Shown here piece by piece: positions 1 through 11,658 of a DNA stretch of 59,351 nt; position 1 is the first letter of the stretch, and the number at the start of each line of letters is the position of its first letter. A program made the translations under genes and the position numbers. This DNA comes from an uncultured Eubacteriales bacterium. GTDB lineage: Bacteria; Bacillota; Clostridia; Oscillospirales; QAKW01. The DNA lies in the NCBI GenBank assembly GCA_902492505.1, contig CABULU010000004.1, positions 1 through 59,351 of the forward strand, in the 5' to 3' direction. Under the pieces are notes generated by a model. It was not told the origin of the DNA and ran no database searches. It worked only from the letters and a program-made list of their open reading frames with translations.

Positions 1-145
1 TGTATCCGACAATAACTTTCTGCTCCTCAAGACGCTTTATTGTAGCGTCAAGCTCGTCACGCGTACACTTCAGCGCTTTTGCAAGATGTTCCCTGTCTGC
101 AAACGCGTTCTTTTCAAGTGCGGCAAGCAATCTTTTTTCATTCAT
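1..145 (-). CDS. Lrp/AsnC-type HTH regulator, N-terminal part only (gene runs off the window)
   Basis: Reverse-strand ATG at 145-143 gives MNEKRLLAALEKNAFADREHLAKALKCTRDELDATIKRLEEQKVIVGY, an AsnC-type winged-HTH pattern. It is cut by the window edge, so it is absent from the ORF track. Confidence 0.5.
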   Translation of the reverse strand, partial: MNEKRLLAALEKNAFADREHLAKALKCTRDELDATIKRLEEQKVIVGY

Positions 146-237
146 CTGCACTGCATCTCCTTTTGATTTTCAAAAACAAATATATGTATCATATTTTAAC
201 ACATTTTAGAAAAGTTGCAACAAAAAATAAAAATATA

Positions 238-265
238 TTGATTTTTAATAAAATGGTGATAAAAT
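238..265 (+). promoter_or_regulatory. Candidate sigma-A promoter for the ACT/UPF0210 operon
   Basis: TTGATT (238-243), 16-nt spacer, extended -10 TGaTAAAAT (257-265). Confidence 0.35.
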
Positions 266-310
266 GTGTAACGTATAATACATATGAGAATCAAGAACAA
301 GGAGCAGATT

Positions 311-580
311 ATGAGATTAGTTATAACAGTTGTCGGAAAAGACCGTGTCGGCATCGTATCTGACATCGCATCTATTTGCAAGGAGTTGCACGTCAATATA
401 ATGGACATTACCCAAAAGGTCTTTGACGATATGTTCGCAATGGTCATGCTGGCGCAAATGACAGAAAGCAGCGCACCGTTTGAAGCCATTGCCGACAGGC
501 TGGAAAAGTGCGGCGATGATGCCGGACTGAAAATACACACCATGCACGAGGATATTTTCAACTCGATGCACAGAATATAA
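311..580 (+). CDS. ACT domain protein (UPF0237 family)
   Basis: [20 protein letters not shown]... is a typical ACT fold start. AAGGAG lies 6 nt upstream of the ATG at 311. It has the classic pairing with the downstream UPF0210 gene. Confidence 0.85.
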   Translation: MRLVITVVGKDRVGIVSDIASICKELHVNIMDITQKVFDDMFAMVMLAQMTESSAPFEAIADRLEKCGDDAGLKIHTMHEDIFNSMHRI

Positions 581-591
581 GGGAGGCGCAC

Positions 592-1950
592 ATGCTGGAA
601 ATTAATGATATTCTTGAAACTATCAGCATGATAGACAAGCAGCACCTTGATATCCGCACCGTCACGATGGGTATTTCCCTGTTCGACTGCGTATCGGAGG
701 ACGCGGGACGGCTGTGCGACAACATTTATGATAAGATAACGCGGCTTGCCGGAAGCCTTGTACAGACAGGTGAGGATATTTCAAGGCAATACGGCATTCC
801 AATAATACACAAGCGCGTTGCAGTGACACCCGTCTCGCTGGTTGCGCGCGGCATGAGCCCGGACGATATGGTAAAAATCGCAAAAACTCTGGATCGTGCG
901 GCGGACAGCTGCGGAGTTAATTTTATAGGCGGATACAGTGCGCTTGTACATAAGGGAATGACCGCCGGCGAACAAAGTCTTATAGAATCGATCCCGCAGG
1001 CGCTGACAGAGACAACCAGCGTTTGCTCATCCGTAAACGTCGCCACAACAAAAGCCGGGATAAATCTTGATGCCGTCGGGCTTATGGGAAACATTATAAA
1101 AAAGACAGCATATCTTACGAGAGATGACGGTTCAATCGGCTGCGCCAAGCTTGTTGTATTTGCCAACGTACCGGAGGACAATCCATTTATGGCAGGTGCG
1201 TTTCACGGAGTGGGTGAAGGCGACTGCGTTATAAACGTAGGCGTTTCGGGACCGGGTGTTGTGAGTCATGCGCTCAAGAAAGCACCAGGCGCAAATATAA
1301 CGGAAATCGCAGATATAATAAAGAAAACCGCATTCAAAATAACAAGAATGGGACAGCTTGTGGCGGCGGAAGCTTCACGCAGACTGAATGTGCCGTTCGG
1401 AATTGTCGACCTCTCGCTCGCACCGACTCCCGCAATAGGAGACTCAGTTGCACATATACTTGAGGAAATAGGTCTTGAACGCTGCGGCACGCACGGTACA
1501 ACCGCGTGTCTTGCACTGCTTAATGACGCCGTTAAAAAGGGCGGGGCCATGGCGTCCTCGCACGTCGGCGGTCTGTCGGGCGCGTTTATCCCGGTGTCGG
1601 AGGACGCAGGTATGATAGACGCCGCAAAATGCGGTACGCTCACCCTTGACAAGTTAGAGGCGATGACGGCTGTATGCTCTGTCGGTCTTGATATGATAGC
1701 AGTTCCCGGAGACACATCTGCACGAACAATATCGGCTATTATCGCCGATGAAATCAGCATCGGCGTAATCAACAACAAAACTACCGCCGTACGTCTTATT
1801 CCGGCATACGGGAAAAAGGTCGGCGACGAGGTTTCGTTCGGAGGGCTGCTGGGCAGTGCGCCCGTCATGCCTGTCCACAGCGAAAGCTCTGAAAAATTCA
1901 TCTCACGCGGCGGCAGAATTCCCGCGCCGCAGAACGCATTGAGAAATTAG
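592..1950 (+). CDS. UPF0210/DUF711 (PFL-family) protein
   Basis: 452-aa ORF with [11 protein letters not shown] near the N-terminus. The length and the ACT-gene neighbour are typical of the family. Confidence 0.85.
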   Translation: MLEINDILETISMIDKQHLDIRTVTMGISLFDCVSEDAGRLCDNIYDKITRLAGSLVQTGEDISRQYGIPIIHKRVAVTPVSLVARGMSPDDMVKIAKTLDRAADSCGVNFIGGYSALVHKGMTAGEQSLIESIPQALTETTSVCSSVNVATTKAGINLDAVGLMGNIIKKTAYLTRDDGSIGCAKLVVFANVPEDNPFMAGAFHGVGEGDCVINVGVSGPGVVSHALKKAPGANITEIADIIKKTAFKITRMGQLVAAEASRRLNVPFGIVDLSLAPTPAIGDSVAHILEEIGLERCGTHGTTACLALLNDAVKKGGAMASSHVGGLSGAFIPVSEDAGMIDAAKCGTLTLDKLEAMTAVCSVGLDMIAVPGDTSARTISAIIADEISIGVINNKTTAVRLIPAYGKKVGDEVSFGGLLGSAPVMPVHSESSEKFISRGGRIPAPQNALRN

Positions 1951-1960
1951 GTGAAAAGCA

Positions 1961-2272
1961 TTGGAAAAGATACTTAAAATTGCGCTTGACGCCGAGCAAA
2001 AGGCGCAGAATATCGTGGCACGGGCGCAAGCCGAAAAGGCACGCTGTGATAAAAGTATCGCCCAGTTGGGAAGAATACGCGACGAGTACATCGAAAAAGC
2101 CAAGGCATCGGTTTCGGAATTTGAAAATGCTGAACGTCAAAAGGCGCAGAATCTCTGCAATCAATGCGACTCAGAGCTTGCAAAAAGCATGAAAAAGCTC
2201 GAAAGTCTCTATGAATCCGACGGCGGGCAATGGGTGGACAAAATGTACCGTCAGATAACGAAAAAGCTATGA
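1961..2272 (+). CDS. V-type ATPase small coiled-coil subunit (G/H-like)
   Basis: 103-aa Ala/Glu/Lys-rich helical ORF. It is the first gene of the V-ATPase operon. Its stop overlaps the next start (ATGA). Confidence 0.5.
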   Translation: MEKILKIALDAEQKAQNIVARAQAEKARCDKSIAQLGRIRDEYIEKAKASVSEFENAERQKAQNLCNQCDSELAKSMKKLESLYESDGGQWVDKMYRQITKKL

Positions 2273-3324
2273 ACTGCGCTGTCATCACAAAGGCTAAAGC
2301 AATGTACGGCAAGCGGTTTACCAATGCGGACTATCTTCGGCTGAGCGCCTGCCGGACGGTGGAGGAGTGTGCCGTATTACTGAAATCGCATCCCGCGTAC
2401 GAGCATGCATTTGCAGGTGCCGACCTGAGAGGAATACGCCGTTCACGCATTGAAATGCTTTTAAAAAGAGAATATTGTCTTGAATTTGACCGTCTGATTA
2501 AAGGTCTGTCCGAAAAAGACAGCGAGCTCACACGCAAATTTATAGGAACCTATGAACTCGATTTCATAATGTGGGCACTGAGAAACGCAGGTTCGGACTT
2601 CCCCGAAAAAGCTTCATATGCGCTGCTGTACGAACCTTTAATTCGCAAGTACTCAAATACGAATTTCGATATGCTGATAAACGCACAGGATTTGCGCCAA
2701 ATTAGCAGAGCACTGCGCGGCAGTTACAAAACAACCGTCGAAAAAGCGGCAACAGGAGGAAAGTCAGACTACCTCTTTGTTGAAAATGAAATGTGGAAAT
2801 CATATTATCTTGAGCTGTCGCAACATATAAAAAAGCACTTCAAAAAAGACGATATCGAAACGCTTTTTGGATGCAGCATTGACCTGCACAATATCATGCG
2901 CATTTTCAGACTGCGGGTATATTTCGACTATAAGGCTGACGAAATAATTCCGTTTATAATACGTCCGTCTTACAGATTGACTGACAGCATGATTTCTGAG
3001 CTTTGCTCTTCAAACGGAATAAAAGAGTTTATGTCCCTGCTGAAAAATACGCCGTACAGACGGCTTGCAGCAGCAGATTCAGGCACTTCACTCGAAACAC
3101 TGTCTATGGAATTTTTAAGTGATAAAGCGGGCAAGGTTCTTCACTTTTCCAAAAGTGCGCCCGCCGTCATATACGCATATATGATTTATAAAAACTATGA
3201 AACTGACAAAATCAAAATAATAATTGAATCAATACGATACAATCTGAACAGGGAGATGATAGATAGCTATGTCGGTACAAAAGCTAAAGCTAATCAGTCT
3301 TATCGGTCCGGCAGAGAGATTTGA
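2269..3324 (+). CDS. V-type ATP synthase subunit C (V0 d-like)
   Basis: About 351 aa starting MNCAVITKAKAMYGKRF. Position and size within the operon fit. The start was chosen at the ATGA overlap with the previous gene. Confidence 0.75.
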   Translation: MNCAVITKAKAMYGKRFTNADYLRLSACRTVEECAVLLKSHPAYEHAFAGADLRGIRRSRIEMLLKREYCLEFDRLIKGLSEKDSELTRKFIGTYELDFIMWALRNAGSDFPEKASYALLYEPLIRKYSNTNFDMLINAQDLRQISRALRGSYKTTVEKAATGGKSDYLFVENEMWKSYYLELSQHIKKHFKKDDIETLFGCSIDLHNIMRIFRLRVYFDYKADEIIPFIIRPSYRLTDSMISELCSSNGIKEFMSLLKNTPYRRLAAADSGTSLETLSMEFLSDKAGKVLHFSKSAPAVIYAYMIYKNYETDKIKIIIESIRYNLNREMIDSYVGTKAKANQSYRSGREI

Positions 3325-5158
3325 CGACATTGCAAAATGCTGTCTTACCTCGGAATGCTTTCAGCCGATACGGGCGACAAAGCTGACCACCGGCGTCAAA
3401 AATCTGCTTCCGTTTGAAACGGGAAATCCGTACTCCGAGCTTTTGGAAGAAATAGTTTCGGTAATGGAGCTTGCGGGTATTCCGAAGGAGCAGGTGCAAA
3501 TTACAGATTACGACCCGGATATCGATAAGCAGTCTGCTCGGGTGGACGCTTTTTCCGCACGGCTGAGCGATATCACGGAAAAGATAGCTCAGACGGAAAA
3601 GGAAATTTCCGAAAACGAGTATACGATAAAACAACTGACGCCTCTTATTGAGCTGGATGTTGAGTTCGACAGACTGTTTTCAATGGAATATGTTGATGTA
3701 AGATTCGGGAAAATGCCGCTCACATCTTATAATAACATGATTTTCTTTGATTCAGACACGGCGCTGTCGTTTGTGCCTCTAAACCGTGATAAGGAATATG
3801 TCTGGGGAATCGCGCTGACGCCCGCAAGCCAAAAGGCAACTGCGGACGCAGTATTGTCTTCACTGTATTTTGAGCGCATTTACATTTCGGAAAAGATACA
3901 TCATACGCCGAGAGAATCGCTCGAGCAGTTAAAACAAAACAACGCGCAGCTCTGCACAGCACTCGATGAGCTGAAAAAGTCAAGGCAGGAAATGACAACG
4001 CTATATCAAAGTGATCTTGTCAAGGCTTATTCAAAATACAACTTTTTATCAAAGTGCCACGATCTTCGTCAGTACGCAATGCGAAGCAGCAGCGAATTTT
4101 ACCTCTCCGGCTGGATTCCCGAACGCGCACTGCCTAAATTCAAAAAGTACATTTCTGACGACTACGACGTCAATCTCATAATAGAAGATCCGAAAGAGGT
4201 TCGTTTTGAAACCCCGCCCACAAAAATTAAAAACCCGTGGGGCGTACGTTTTTTTGAAATGTTTACAGAAATGTACGGTCTGCCCGGATACAACGAGCTT
4301 GACCCGACACCTCTTGTCGCACTGACGTATACGATATTTTTCGGAATTATGTTCGGCGACCTCGGTCAGGGGATTGTGCTTATGCTCGGCGGAATTTTAG
4401 CATGGAAAATCAAGAAAATGAAGCTCGGACGCATAATTGCCGTTATCGGTGCATCCAGCGCCGTATGCGGGCTGTTCTACGGAAGCGTATTCGGCAACGA
4501 AGAAATTATTCCCGGATTTTCCGTCCTGCACGGTTCAAATACGCTGTTTATACTTCTGTTTGCGGCAGGCTTCGGAGTAGTCCTGATTGGCGTGGCAATG
4601 ATTTTGAATATTATTAACGGCATCCGCCAGCGCGACCCCAAAAAGTTTCTGTTTTCACCTAACGGCATTTGCGGATTTGTTTTCTTTTTCGGAAATGTAG
4701 CAGCCGCATTGCTGACATTATTAACGGAAATCAGGCTTTACAGCCCTATTTATATTGTACTGACAACGGCAGTGCCGCTCCTGATGATATTTCTCGGAAC
4801 ACCGCTTACAAAGCTTATACAACGTAAGGAAGGCGCTCTCAAACAAAAATGGGGCGAGTATATCACCGAAAATATATTTGAGCTTTTTGAGGTCATGCTC
4901 TCATTTCTGTCCAATGTTATATCCTATGTACGTATAGGTGCGTTCGCAGTCAGCCATGCAGGTATGATGCTTGTTGTCACCGCAATGGCTTCCATGCTCG
5001 GCGGCGCCGGTGAAATTGTCGTTTTGATATTCGGCAACATTTTTGTCATATGCCTTGAGGGGCTTATTGTTGGAATTCAGTGCTTAAGGCTGCAATTCTA
5101 CGAATTTTTCTCGCGATTTTATGCAGGCAACGGGCAGCCGTTCAAGCCTTTTGCTTAA
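3269..5158 (+). CDS. ntpI: V-type ATP synthase subunit I (membrane stator/a subunit)
   Basis: 629 aa with a soluble coiled-coil N-half and a multi-TM C-half that includes the VSYVRIGAFAVSHA motif region. Confidence 0.9.
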   Translation: MSVQKLKLISLIGPAERFDDIAKCCLTSECFQPIRATKLTTGVKNLLPFETGNPYSELLEEIVSVMELAGIPKEQVQITDYDPDIDKQSARVDAFSARLSDITEKIAQTEKEISENEYTIKQLTPLIELDVEFDRLFSMEYVDVRFGKMPLTSYNNMIFFDSDTALSFVPLNRDKEYVWGIALTPASQKATADAVLSSLYFERIYISEKIHHTPRESLEQLKQNNAQLCTALDELKKSRQEMTTLYQSDLVKAYSKYNFLSKCHDLRQYAMRSSSEFYLSGWIPERALPKFKKYISDDYDVNLIIEDPKEVRFETPPTKIKNPWGVRFFEMFTEMYGLPGYNELDPTPLVALTYTIFFGIMFGDLGQGIVLMLGGILAWKIKKMKLGRIIAVIGASSAVCGLFYGSVFGNEEIIPGFSVLHGSNTLFILLFAAGFGVVLIGVAMILNIINGIRQRDPKKFLFSPNGICGFVFFFGNVAAALLTLLTEIRLYSPIYIVLTTAVPLLMIFLGTPLTKLIQRKEGALKQKWGEYITENIFELFEVMLSFLSNVISYVRIGAFAVSHAGMMLVVTAMASMLGGAGEIVVLIFGNIFVICLEGLIVGIQCLRLQFYEFFSRFYAGNGQPFKPFA

Positions 5159-5183
5159 TTTAAACAGATAGGAGATAATTATC

Positions 5184-5621
5184 ATGATTTACGCTATAAT
5201 TGCAGTAACAGTTCTGTTTTTACTTGTTCTTTCACCTATGTTCTCGGTTTTTTCGGGGAAACTTACCGGAAAACGCGCCAAGCGCCGTCTGACATATAAT
5301 CTGTGCGGCTTCGGCGTTGTAATGCTCGCCGGGCTGTTTATGCCGGCTTTTGCTCTTGCAGCACCAGCCGAAACGGCAGATGCCGTGACAACAGCCGTAG
5401 GAATTACCGACGCCGCAATAAAAGCAATTGCCGCGGCAGCGGCGGTAGGCCTTGCGGGAATCGGCGGCGGACTTGCAGTCGGCCCGGCTGCTTCAGCAGC
5501 TATCGGAGCAATGGCGGAGGACTCCTCCACCTTCGGTAAATCGCTTATCTTTGTCGCTCTGGGTGAAGGTATAGCCATCTACGGACTGCTTGTATCGTTT
5601 CTCATCCTGTTTGTACTTTAA
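5184..5621 (+). CDS. ntpK: V-type ATP synthase subunit K (proteolipid c subunit); start uncertain
   Basis: The C-terminal Gly/Ala-rich hairpin carries the ion-binding Glu in FVALGEGIAIYGL. The N-terminal 60 aa do not look like proteolipid. Confidence 0.75.
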   Translation: MIYAIIAVTVLFLLVLSPMFSVFSGKLTGKRAKRRLTYNLCGFGVVMLAGLFMPAFALAAPAETADAVTTAVGITDAAIKAIAAAAAVGLAGIGGGLAVGPAASAAIGAMAEDSSTFGKSLIFVALGEGIAIYGLLVSFLILFVL

Positions 5622-5626
5622 TACTT

Positions 5627-5935
5627 ATGAAAATGTATGTTATTTCCGACAATATCGACACGCTCATCGGTCTTCGCATGACGGGTGCCGATGGAATTGT
5701 CGTACACAGCGAAGAAGAAGTAAAAAAAGCGCTCGACAGGGTTCTTGACCGCAAGGATATCGGAATACTGCTGATAAACGGCGCTTTAGCTTCGCTCTGC
5801 CGCGAACGCATTGACGACATAAAAACAAACAAGTCTCAGCCCCTGCTGGTGGAAATACCCGACAGGCACGGAAACGGAAGAGACGAAAATGCTATCGCGG
5901 AGTATATCCGTACTGCTGTGGGAATTAAAATTTAG
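5627..5935 (+). CDS. V-type ATP synthase subunit F
   Basis: 102 aa starting MKMYVISDNIDTLIGLRMTGADG. Size and position are typical of subunit F. Confidence 0.8.
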   Translation: MKMYVISDNIDTLIGLRMTGADGIVVHSEEEVKKALDRVLDRKDIGILLINGALASLCRERIDDIKTNKSQPLLVEIPDRHGNGRDENAIAEYIRTAVGIKI

Positions 5936-5945
5936 AGGTGTTTTT

Positions 5946-6563
5946 ATGCTTCAAAACGATATGAACAAAGCGTATCAGACGGCGCTTAACCTTGAACGCA
6001 CCGTTATTGACGACGCTGAAAAAAAAGCCGAAAGTATCATATTCAAGGCGCATGAGGAGGAAAAAGAGGCAATCTCAGCCGCTACCGAAAATGCAAAACA
6101 TGACGCCGAGCAGTATGAACAAAGGCAGCGCGCTGAAATACTTGCAAAATACAGCAATATGGTTACCGAGTATACTGCAAACTGCCGCACGCAGCTTTTA
6201 AAAAAGCGCACGGAAATTCAGGAAGCCGTGTTCGGCAGGCTGCGCGAAAGAATAGTAGAATTTACAGCCTCCGACGAATATGCGGAATTTTTGAAAAGCA
6301 CTCTTGTTTCTCTTAAAGACAAAGAGCTTTCGGACAAATCGGGCAGACTGGAAATTATCGCATCAAAAAATCCTGCCGATAAAACCACGGCTCTTGAAAT
6401 TTTTCCCGATGCCGAAATAACAATATCCGACGGTACCCGTCTGGGCGGCTTTATTGTAAAGGATATTGAGAACGGCGTAATGTACGACTTAACTCTGGAC
6501 AGCAGCCTTGAGCTTAAAAAATCGGACTTTCCCTCGATTTCCGGACTTAAAATTTCCGATTGA
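5946..6563 (+). CDS. V-type ATP synthase subunit E
   Basis: Long N-terminal charged helix (AEKKAESIIFKAHEEEKEAI) plus a globular C-terminus. The ATG at 5946 is preceded by a GAGGTG RBS. Confidence 0.75.
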   Translation: MLQNDMNKAYQTALNLERTVIDDAEKKAESIIFKAHEEEKEAISAATENAKHDAEQYEQRQRAEILAKYSNMVTEYTANCRTQLLKKRTEIQEAVFGRLRERIVEFTASDEYAEFLKSTLVSLKDKELSDKSGRLEIIASKNPADKTTALEIFPDAEITISDGTRLGGFIVKDIENGVMYDLTLDSSLELKKSDFPSISGLKISD

Positions 6564-6585
6564 GTCAGATTAAGGAGAAATATAA

Positions 6586-8343
6586 ATGGATGTAATTTAC
6601 AGTATAAACGGTCCCGTCGTCACCGTTAAAAATTCAAAGAGTTTTGCTATGCTCGAAATGGTGTACGTCGGAAACCTCCGCCTTATAGGAGAGGTTATCA
6701 TGCTGTCACAGCAGCAGACCACAATACAGGTATACGAGGACACGTCGGGCCTTTCGATCGGCGAGCCGGTGACGGGAAGCGGCGGTCCGCTTTGCGCTCT
6801 GCTCGGCCCCGGCATAATATCGAATATATTTGACGGTATAGAGCGTCCGCTGAAAGCACTCAATGAAAAATCAGGGGCGTTTTTGGACAGGGGCGTATCC
6901 TGCGACAACCTTGATACAGAACGCCTGTGGGACGTTAAAATTTCAGTAAGTGTCGGAGACAACGTAACGGAGGGACAAATATTTGCGCAGACGCCGGAAA
7001 ATGAAGGGATTATGCACAAGTCCATGATTCCTCCCGGTATCAGCGGCAGGGTGTTATCCGCCGTAAACGACGGCAGCTACAACATACTTACTCCGCTTAT
7101 CACTGTTGAAGACAAAAAAGGCATAAAGCATGAAATTTCCCTCGCTCAAAAATGGCCTATAAAATACGCGCGTCCGTCAAGCGCGCGCCTTTCGGCAAGT
7201 GAACCGCTTGTAACCGGTCAGCGCGTCATCGATACTCTCTTCCCGATAGCTAAGGGCGGTGCAGCGGCAGTGCCGGGAAGCTTCGGAACCGGTAAAACGA
7301 TGGTTCAGCACCAGATTGCAAAGTGGAGCGACGCGGACATTATCGTTTACATCGGCTGCGGCGAGCGCGGCAATGAAATGACACAGGTGCTTGAAGAATT
7401 TGCCGAGCTTCGCGATCCTAAAACAGGCAGGGCGCTTACCGAACGCACCGTTATGATCGCCAATACCTCTAATATGCCCGTTGCGGCACGCGAGGCTTCT
7501 ATTTACACCGGAGTGACACTTGCAGAATATTACCGTGATATGGGTTATCACGTAGCTATAATGGCTGACTCTACCTCGCGCTGGGCAGAGGCACTGCGTG
7601 AAATATCGGGCAGACTTGAGGAAATGCCGGCAGAAGAGGGCTTTCCCTCATACCTTCCCTCCAGACTGTCCCAATTTTATGAACGCGCAGGGTATGTGCA
7701 GACGCTTTCCGGACAAAAAGGCAGCGTCACGATTATAGGGGCCGTATCACCGCAGGGCGGTGATTTTTCCGAGCCTGTGACACAAAACACAAAGCGTTTT
7801 ATCCGCTGTTTTTGGGCACTGGACCGTGAGCTTGCATACTCGCGACATTATCCGGCAATCAACTGGATAACCAGCTATACGGAATACTTCGACGAGCTTC
7901 GAAAATGGTACGGGCAAAATGTCTGCGCAGACTTTGAAACGGTGCGGGGCAGGACAATCGGCATACTCCTTGAAGAAAACAGACTGATGGAAATTGTAAA
8001 GCTGATAGGCGAAGACGTACTGCCGGAGGATCAAAAGCTGATAATCGTCACAGCCAAAGCCATCCGTCAGGGGTTTTTGCAGCAAAATGCGATGCATGAC
8101 ATTGATACCTATGTTCCGATTGAAAAGCAGTATGATATGATGAAGCTAATTTTAGAGCTGTACGACAAAGCCGTTTTGCTTGTAAAACAAGGAATACCGC
8201 TGTCGCGCATAAATCAGACGGGAGTATTTGACGCCGTAATGCGTGTTAAGTTTGAAATCAAAAACGACGAGCTTGAAAAATTCGGACCACTTACCCGAGA
8301 GCTTTTAAACAAGCTCGAAAATCTCGAAGAAAGTTACAGGTGA
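6586..8343 (+). CDS. ntpA: V-type ATP synthase catalytic subunit A
   Basis: 585 aa with Walker A GSFGTGKT and strongly conserved A-subunit blocks. Confidence 0.97.
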   Translation: MDVIYSINGPVVTVKNSKSFAMLEMVYVGNLRLIGEVIMLSQQQTTIQVYEDTSGLSIGEPVTGSGGPLCALLGPGIISNIFDGIERPLKALNEKSGAFLDRGVSCDNLDTERLWDVKISVSVGDNVTEGQIFAQTPENEGIMHKSMIPPGISGRVLSAVNDGSYNILTPLITVEDKKGIKHEISLAQKWPIKYARPSSARLSASEPLVTGQRVIDTLFPIAKGGAAAVPGSFGTGKTMVQHQIAKWSDADIIVYIGCGERGNEMTQVLEEFAELRDPKTGRALTERTVMIANTSNMPVAAREASIYTGVTLAEYYRDMGYHVAIMADSTSRWAEALREISGRLEEMPAEEGFPSYLPSRLSQFYERAGYVQTLSGQKGSVTIIGAVSPQGGDFSEPVTQNTKRFIRCFWALDRELAYSRHYPAINWITSYTEYFDELRKWYGQNVCADFETVRGRTIGILLEENRLMEIVKLIGEDVLPEDQKLIIVTAKAIRQGFLQQNAMHDIDTYVPIEKQYDMMKLILELYDKAVLLVKQGIPLSRINQTGVFDAVMRVKFEIKNDELEKFGPLTRELLNKLENLEESYR

Positions 8344-9737
8344 GCAGAGTGAAAATTCAATATCTCGGCATAAAAGAAATAAACGGTCCGCTCATCGTTT
8401 TGGACGGCGTAAAAAACGCGCACTTCGATGAAATGGCGGATATTGTTTTGGACAACGGAGAAGTCCGTCACGGAAGAGTAATACGTCTGGACGGCGAAAA
8501 AGCGGTCATTCAGATGTTTGAGGGAACAAACGACATGTCGCTTACCGGCAGCCGCACATCATTTACAGGCAAACCTATGCAGCTAAATCTGTCGGATGAA
8601 ATACTCGGCCGTATTTTTGACGGCGCCGGCAGACCTATTGATGGTCTCGGCCCTGTTTACTGTGATAAAAAAGCAGATATTAACGGTGCCTCCATAAATC
8701 CCGTTGCACGCCGATACCCCAACGATTTTATCTGCACCGGCATTTCGTCCATAGACATGCTGATGACGCTTATACGCGGACAGAAGCTGCCGATTTTCAG
8801 CGGCTCGGGTATTCCGCATGACAGGCTTGCAGTGCAGATTGCAACAGGCGCCGGACTTAAAAGCGGAAGCAGCAATGATTTTGCGATAGTTTTTGCTGCA
8901 ATGGGTGTAAAAAATGATGTTGCGGACTTTTTCAGACGCGAATTCAAAGCTTCAGGCGCCGGTACTAATCTTGTTATGTTTTTGAACCTTGCAAACGACC
9001 CTATAATCGAGCGTATTGTCACGCCGCGATGCGCGCTTACCGCAGCGGAATATCTTGCCTTTGAAAAGGGCAAGCAGGTGCTTGTTATCATGACGGATAT
9101 CTCGGCGTATGCCGAAGCGCTTCGCGAGCTTTCGGCTTCAAAGGGAGAAATCCCGGCAAGAAAGGGCTTCCCCGGATATCTGTATTCAGATTTTGCCTCA
9201 CTCTATGAAAGAGCCGGTATGATAAAGGGCAAGGAAGGCTCGGTAACTCTTATTCCGATACTGACAATGCCAAACGACGATATCACCCATCCTATCCCGG
9301 ACCTCACGGGATACATTACTGAGGGGCAAATTGTTTTAGACAGAACACTGTCGCAAAACGGCATATACCCGCCGGTATCAGTGCTTCCGTCGCTCTCAAG
9401 ACTTATGAAAGACGGAATCGGAGAGGGGTTCACGCGGGAGGATCACGCGGCACTGTCCAACCAGCTGTTTGCAGCATATGCACGCGTGGCAGACGCCCGC
9501 TCGCTTGCATCCGTCATCGGAGAGGAAGAGCTTTCCGATACGGATAAGGCGTACATTGAATTCGGCCGGGAGTTTGAATCAAAATTTATTAATCAGCCTG
9601 TCGGAGAACGTCGTTCAATCGAACAGACCCTTGACCTCGGATGGCAGCTCTTGACACTGCTGCCGAAAGCGGAACTGTCACGAGTGAGTCAAGAACTCAT
9701 TGATAAATATCTGCCGAAAAAGGCCGGTGAACAATAA
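8340..9737 (+). CDS. ntpB: V-type ATP synthase subunit B
   Basis: 465 aa with conserved B-subunit blocks ([16 protein letters not shown]). The GTG start overlaps the stop of subunit A. Confidence 0.95.
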   Translation: MSRVKIQYLGIKEINGPLIVLDGVKNAHFDEMADIVLDNGEVRHGRVIRLDGEKAVIQMFEGTNDMSLTGSRTSFTGKPMQLNLSDEILGRIFDGAGRPIDGLGPVYCDKKADINGASINPVARRYPNDFICTGISSIDMLMTLIRGQKLPIFSGSGIPHDRLAVQIATGAGLKSGSSNDFAIVFAAMGVKNDVADFFRREFKASGAGTNLVMFLNLANDPIIERIVTPRCALTAAEYLAFEKGKQVLVIMTDISAYAEALRELSASKGEIPARKGFPGYLYSDFASLYERAGMIKGKEGSVTLIPILTMPNDDITHPIPDLTGYITEGQIVLDRTLSQNGIYPPVSVLPSLSRLMKDGIGEGFTREDHAALSNQLFAAYARVADARSLASVIGEEELSDTDKAYIEFGREFESKFINQPVGERRSIEQTLDLGWQLLTLLPKAELSRVSQELIDKYLPKKAGEQ

Positions 9738-10348
9738 TGCTTAATCCAACAAAAGGAAATTTGTTAAAAGTAAAGAACTCCCTTGGACTTGCCACCGTTG
9801 GCTTTGACCTTATGGACAGAAAACGCAATATACTGATACGTGAAATGATGGGGCTTATCGACCGCGCAAAGGATATACAGACAAAGATAAACAGCACCTT
9901 TGCCAAAGCGTATGATGCGTTGATGCTTGCCAATGTCTTAGGAGCGGATGTGAGAAGTATCGCTTATGCCGTTCCCGTTGACGACTGTGTAACCATTCTT
10001 GAAAAAAGCGTCATGGGAGTGGAAATTCCCACAGTCAAATATACATCGCCTGCCGCAAAGCCGTATTACGGCATAAATGCCGGCGGATGTGCAATGGACA
10101 ACGCCTACGTGTGCTTTAGGCGGGTCAAAGAGCTTTGTGCGGAGCTTGCAGAGATTGAGAGCTCCATTTACAGACTGGCGGTCGCCATACAAAAGACGCA
10201 AAAGAGAGCAAACGCGCTGAAAAACATCGTTATTCCGGGTTACCGGCGTGATATCGCTTACATTACCGAATTTCTTGAGGAAAAGGAACGTGAAGAATTT
10301 ATCAGAATGAAAGTAATTAAAAAGCAGAAAGAAACAGCAAAGACATAA
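9737..10348 (+). CDS. ntpD: V-type ATP synthase subunit D
   Basis: 203 aa starting [16 protein letters not shown], typical of the subunit D N-terminus. Last gene of the operon. Confidence 0.9.
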   Translation: MLNPTKGNLLKVKNSLGLATVGFDLMDRKRNILIREMMGLIDRAKDIQTKINSTFAKAYDALMLANVLGADVRSIAYAVPVDDCVTILEKSVMGVEIPTVKYTSPAAKPYYGINAGGCAMDNAYVCFRRVKELCAELAEIESSIYRLAVAIQKTQKRANALKNIVIPGYRRDIAYITEFLEEKEREEFIRMKVIKKQKETAKT

Positions 10349-10442
10349 ATATTGATATTCAGATTAAAGTCAACGTTTCATAACAAAAAACCGTATGTGC
10401 ACAATTTAATTTAGTATTATAAAAAAGGTTGATTAAGCGATT

Positions 10443-11658
10443 ATGACAATAGGATTTTTTCGTATTTTTGCGATTCTTTGTACTGCAGTCATCTGCGGAA
10501 AACTGATATCAAAACTTAAGCTTCCTGCCATCCTCGGTTGGCTTATAACCGGTATTGTTTTCGGACCATATCTTGCCGAAATAGTAACTTTACAAATAAC
10601 AGATGCTTTGTGGTACAAAATATTTATAAAAATCTTTGAATGTTTTGCAGGTGTCATGATAGGTCGCGAAATCATTTTTAAAAAGATTGCAAGTTCCGGT
10701 AAGCAAATTATAGGAATTACATTTATTCAGTCCATAGGTACGTTTTTGTTTGTTACCGCCGCATTCTCTCTTGTATTTATCATTACAGATATCCCGATAT
10801 ATTTAGCGTTTATTTTCGGCGGCATCGCATTGGCAACAGCGCCTGCTCCCGCTTTATCTATCGTTAATGAATATCATACAAACGGTCCCGTTACCAAAAC
10901 ATTAATACCGCTTGCTGCAATTCTTTACGGTGATATCAGTAATAAGCGGAGTAAACGGCAGCGAATCTTTGTCCCCCATTGCAATTGTGGGAATCGTTTT
11001 ACTGCCGTTTATTATAGGTATTTTAACCGGAATTTGTGCTTCATTTCTAATAAAAAAATCAAAAAATAGCATTGTCGGATTTATATTATTACTGTTTTTT
11101 TTATGTATATCAACCGTATTCGGTTTGATTATTGATTATTATATATTTCATTCATTTAGTCTGAATTATCTTTTAATCGGTATGGCTTTCAGTGCAACTA
11201 TTGCAAATATTCTACCGGAAAAAGATCTTGAAAATGTTTTGAATTTATATAATCCGATATTAAATTTATCTCTTATAATTGTGATAGTAAATCTCGGCAT
11301 GCCTTTAGATTACCATTTAATAGCCGGAGCCGGAGTTTTTACAGCTATCTATATATTGTCAAGAGCAGTTGGTAAAATCGGAGGGGCATATATTGGCGGT
11401 AAGTTAACCAAAGCACCTTCTACTGTTACAAAATATCTTGGATTTACATTACTTCCACACTCCGGTGTGTCTTTGGTATTTACAGGTATCGCAGTAACAA
11501 CATTAACATCGATTGATGCCTCCCTTGCCTCTATTGTCTCGGGAACTATTGTTGCTGCCGCAATCATCAACGAAATTATCGCGGTTATCATTGCAAAATT
11601 TGCTTTCAAATGGGCCGGCGAAATAAATAACCAACAAAAATTAAACATTGAAAAATAA
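10443..11658 (+). pseudogene. Cation:proton antiporter (CPA-type Na+/H+ exchanger family), interrupted by one frameshift near 10915-10935
   Basis: ORFs 10443-11069 and 10912-11658 are both polytopic and together have the length of a single antiporter. The frame switches just after ...TLIPLAA. Confidence 0.7.

Noticed and set aside
196-1901. Long antisense ORFs in the track opposite the ACT/UPF0210 genes (e.g. 196-645, 726-1181, 1266-1901 minus)
   Set aside because: They lie entirely within well-supported sense genes, have Ser/Arg/Ala-rich low-complexity translations typical of shadow frames, and have no RBS context. The same reasoning applies to 5189-5578, 6597-7025, 8657-9091, 19342-19713, 25886-26437 and similar entries.
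10443-11658. Treating 10443-11069 and 10912-11658 as two separate overlapping membrane-protein genes
   Set aside because: The tail of the first ORF (…ILYGDISNKRSKRQRIFVPHCNCGNRF…) is non-membrane junk after the frame change. Together the two ORFs make one antiporter-length protein, so a single frameshift is the simpler explanation.
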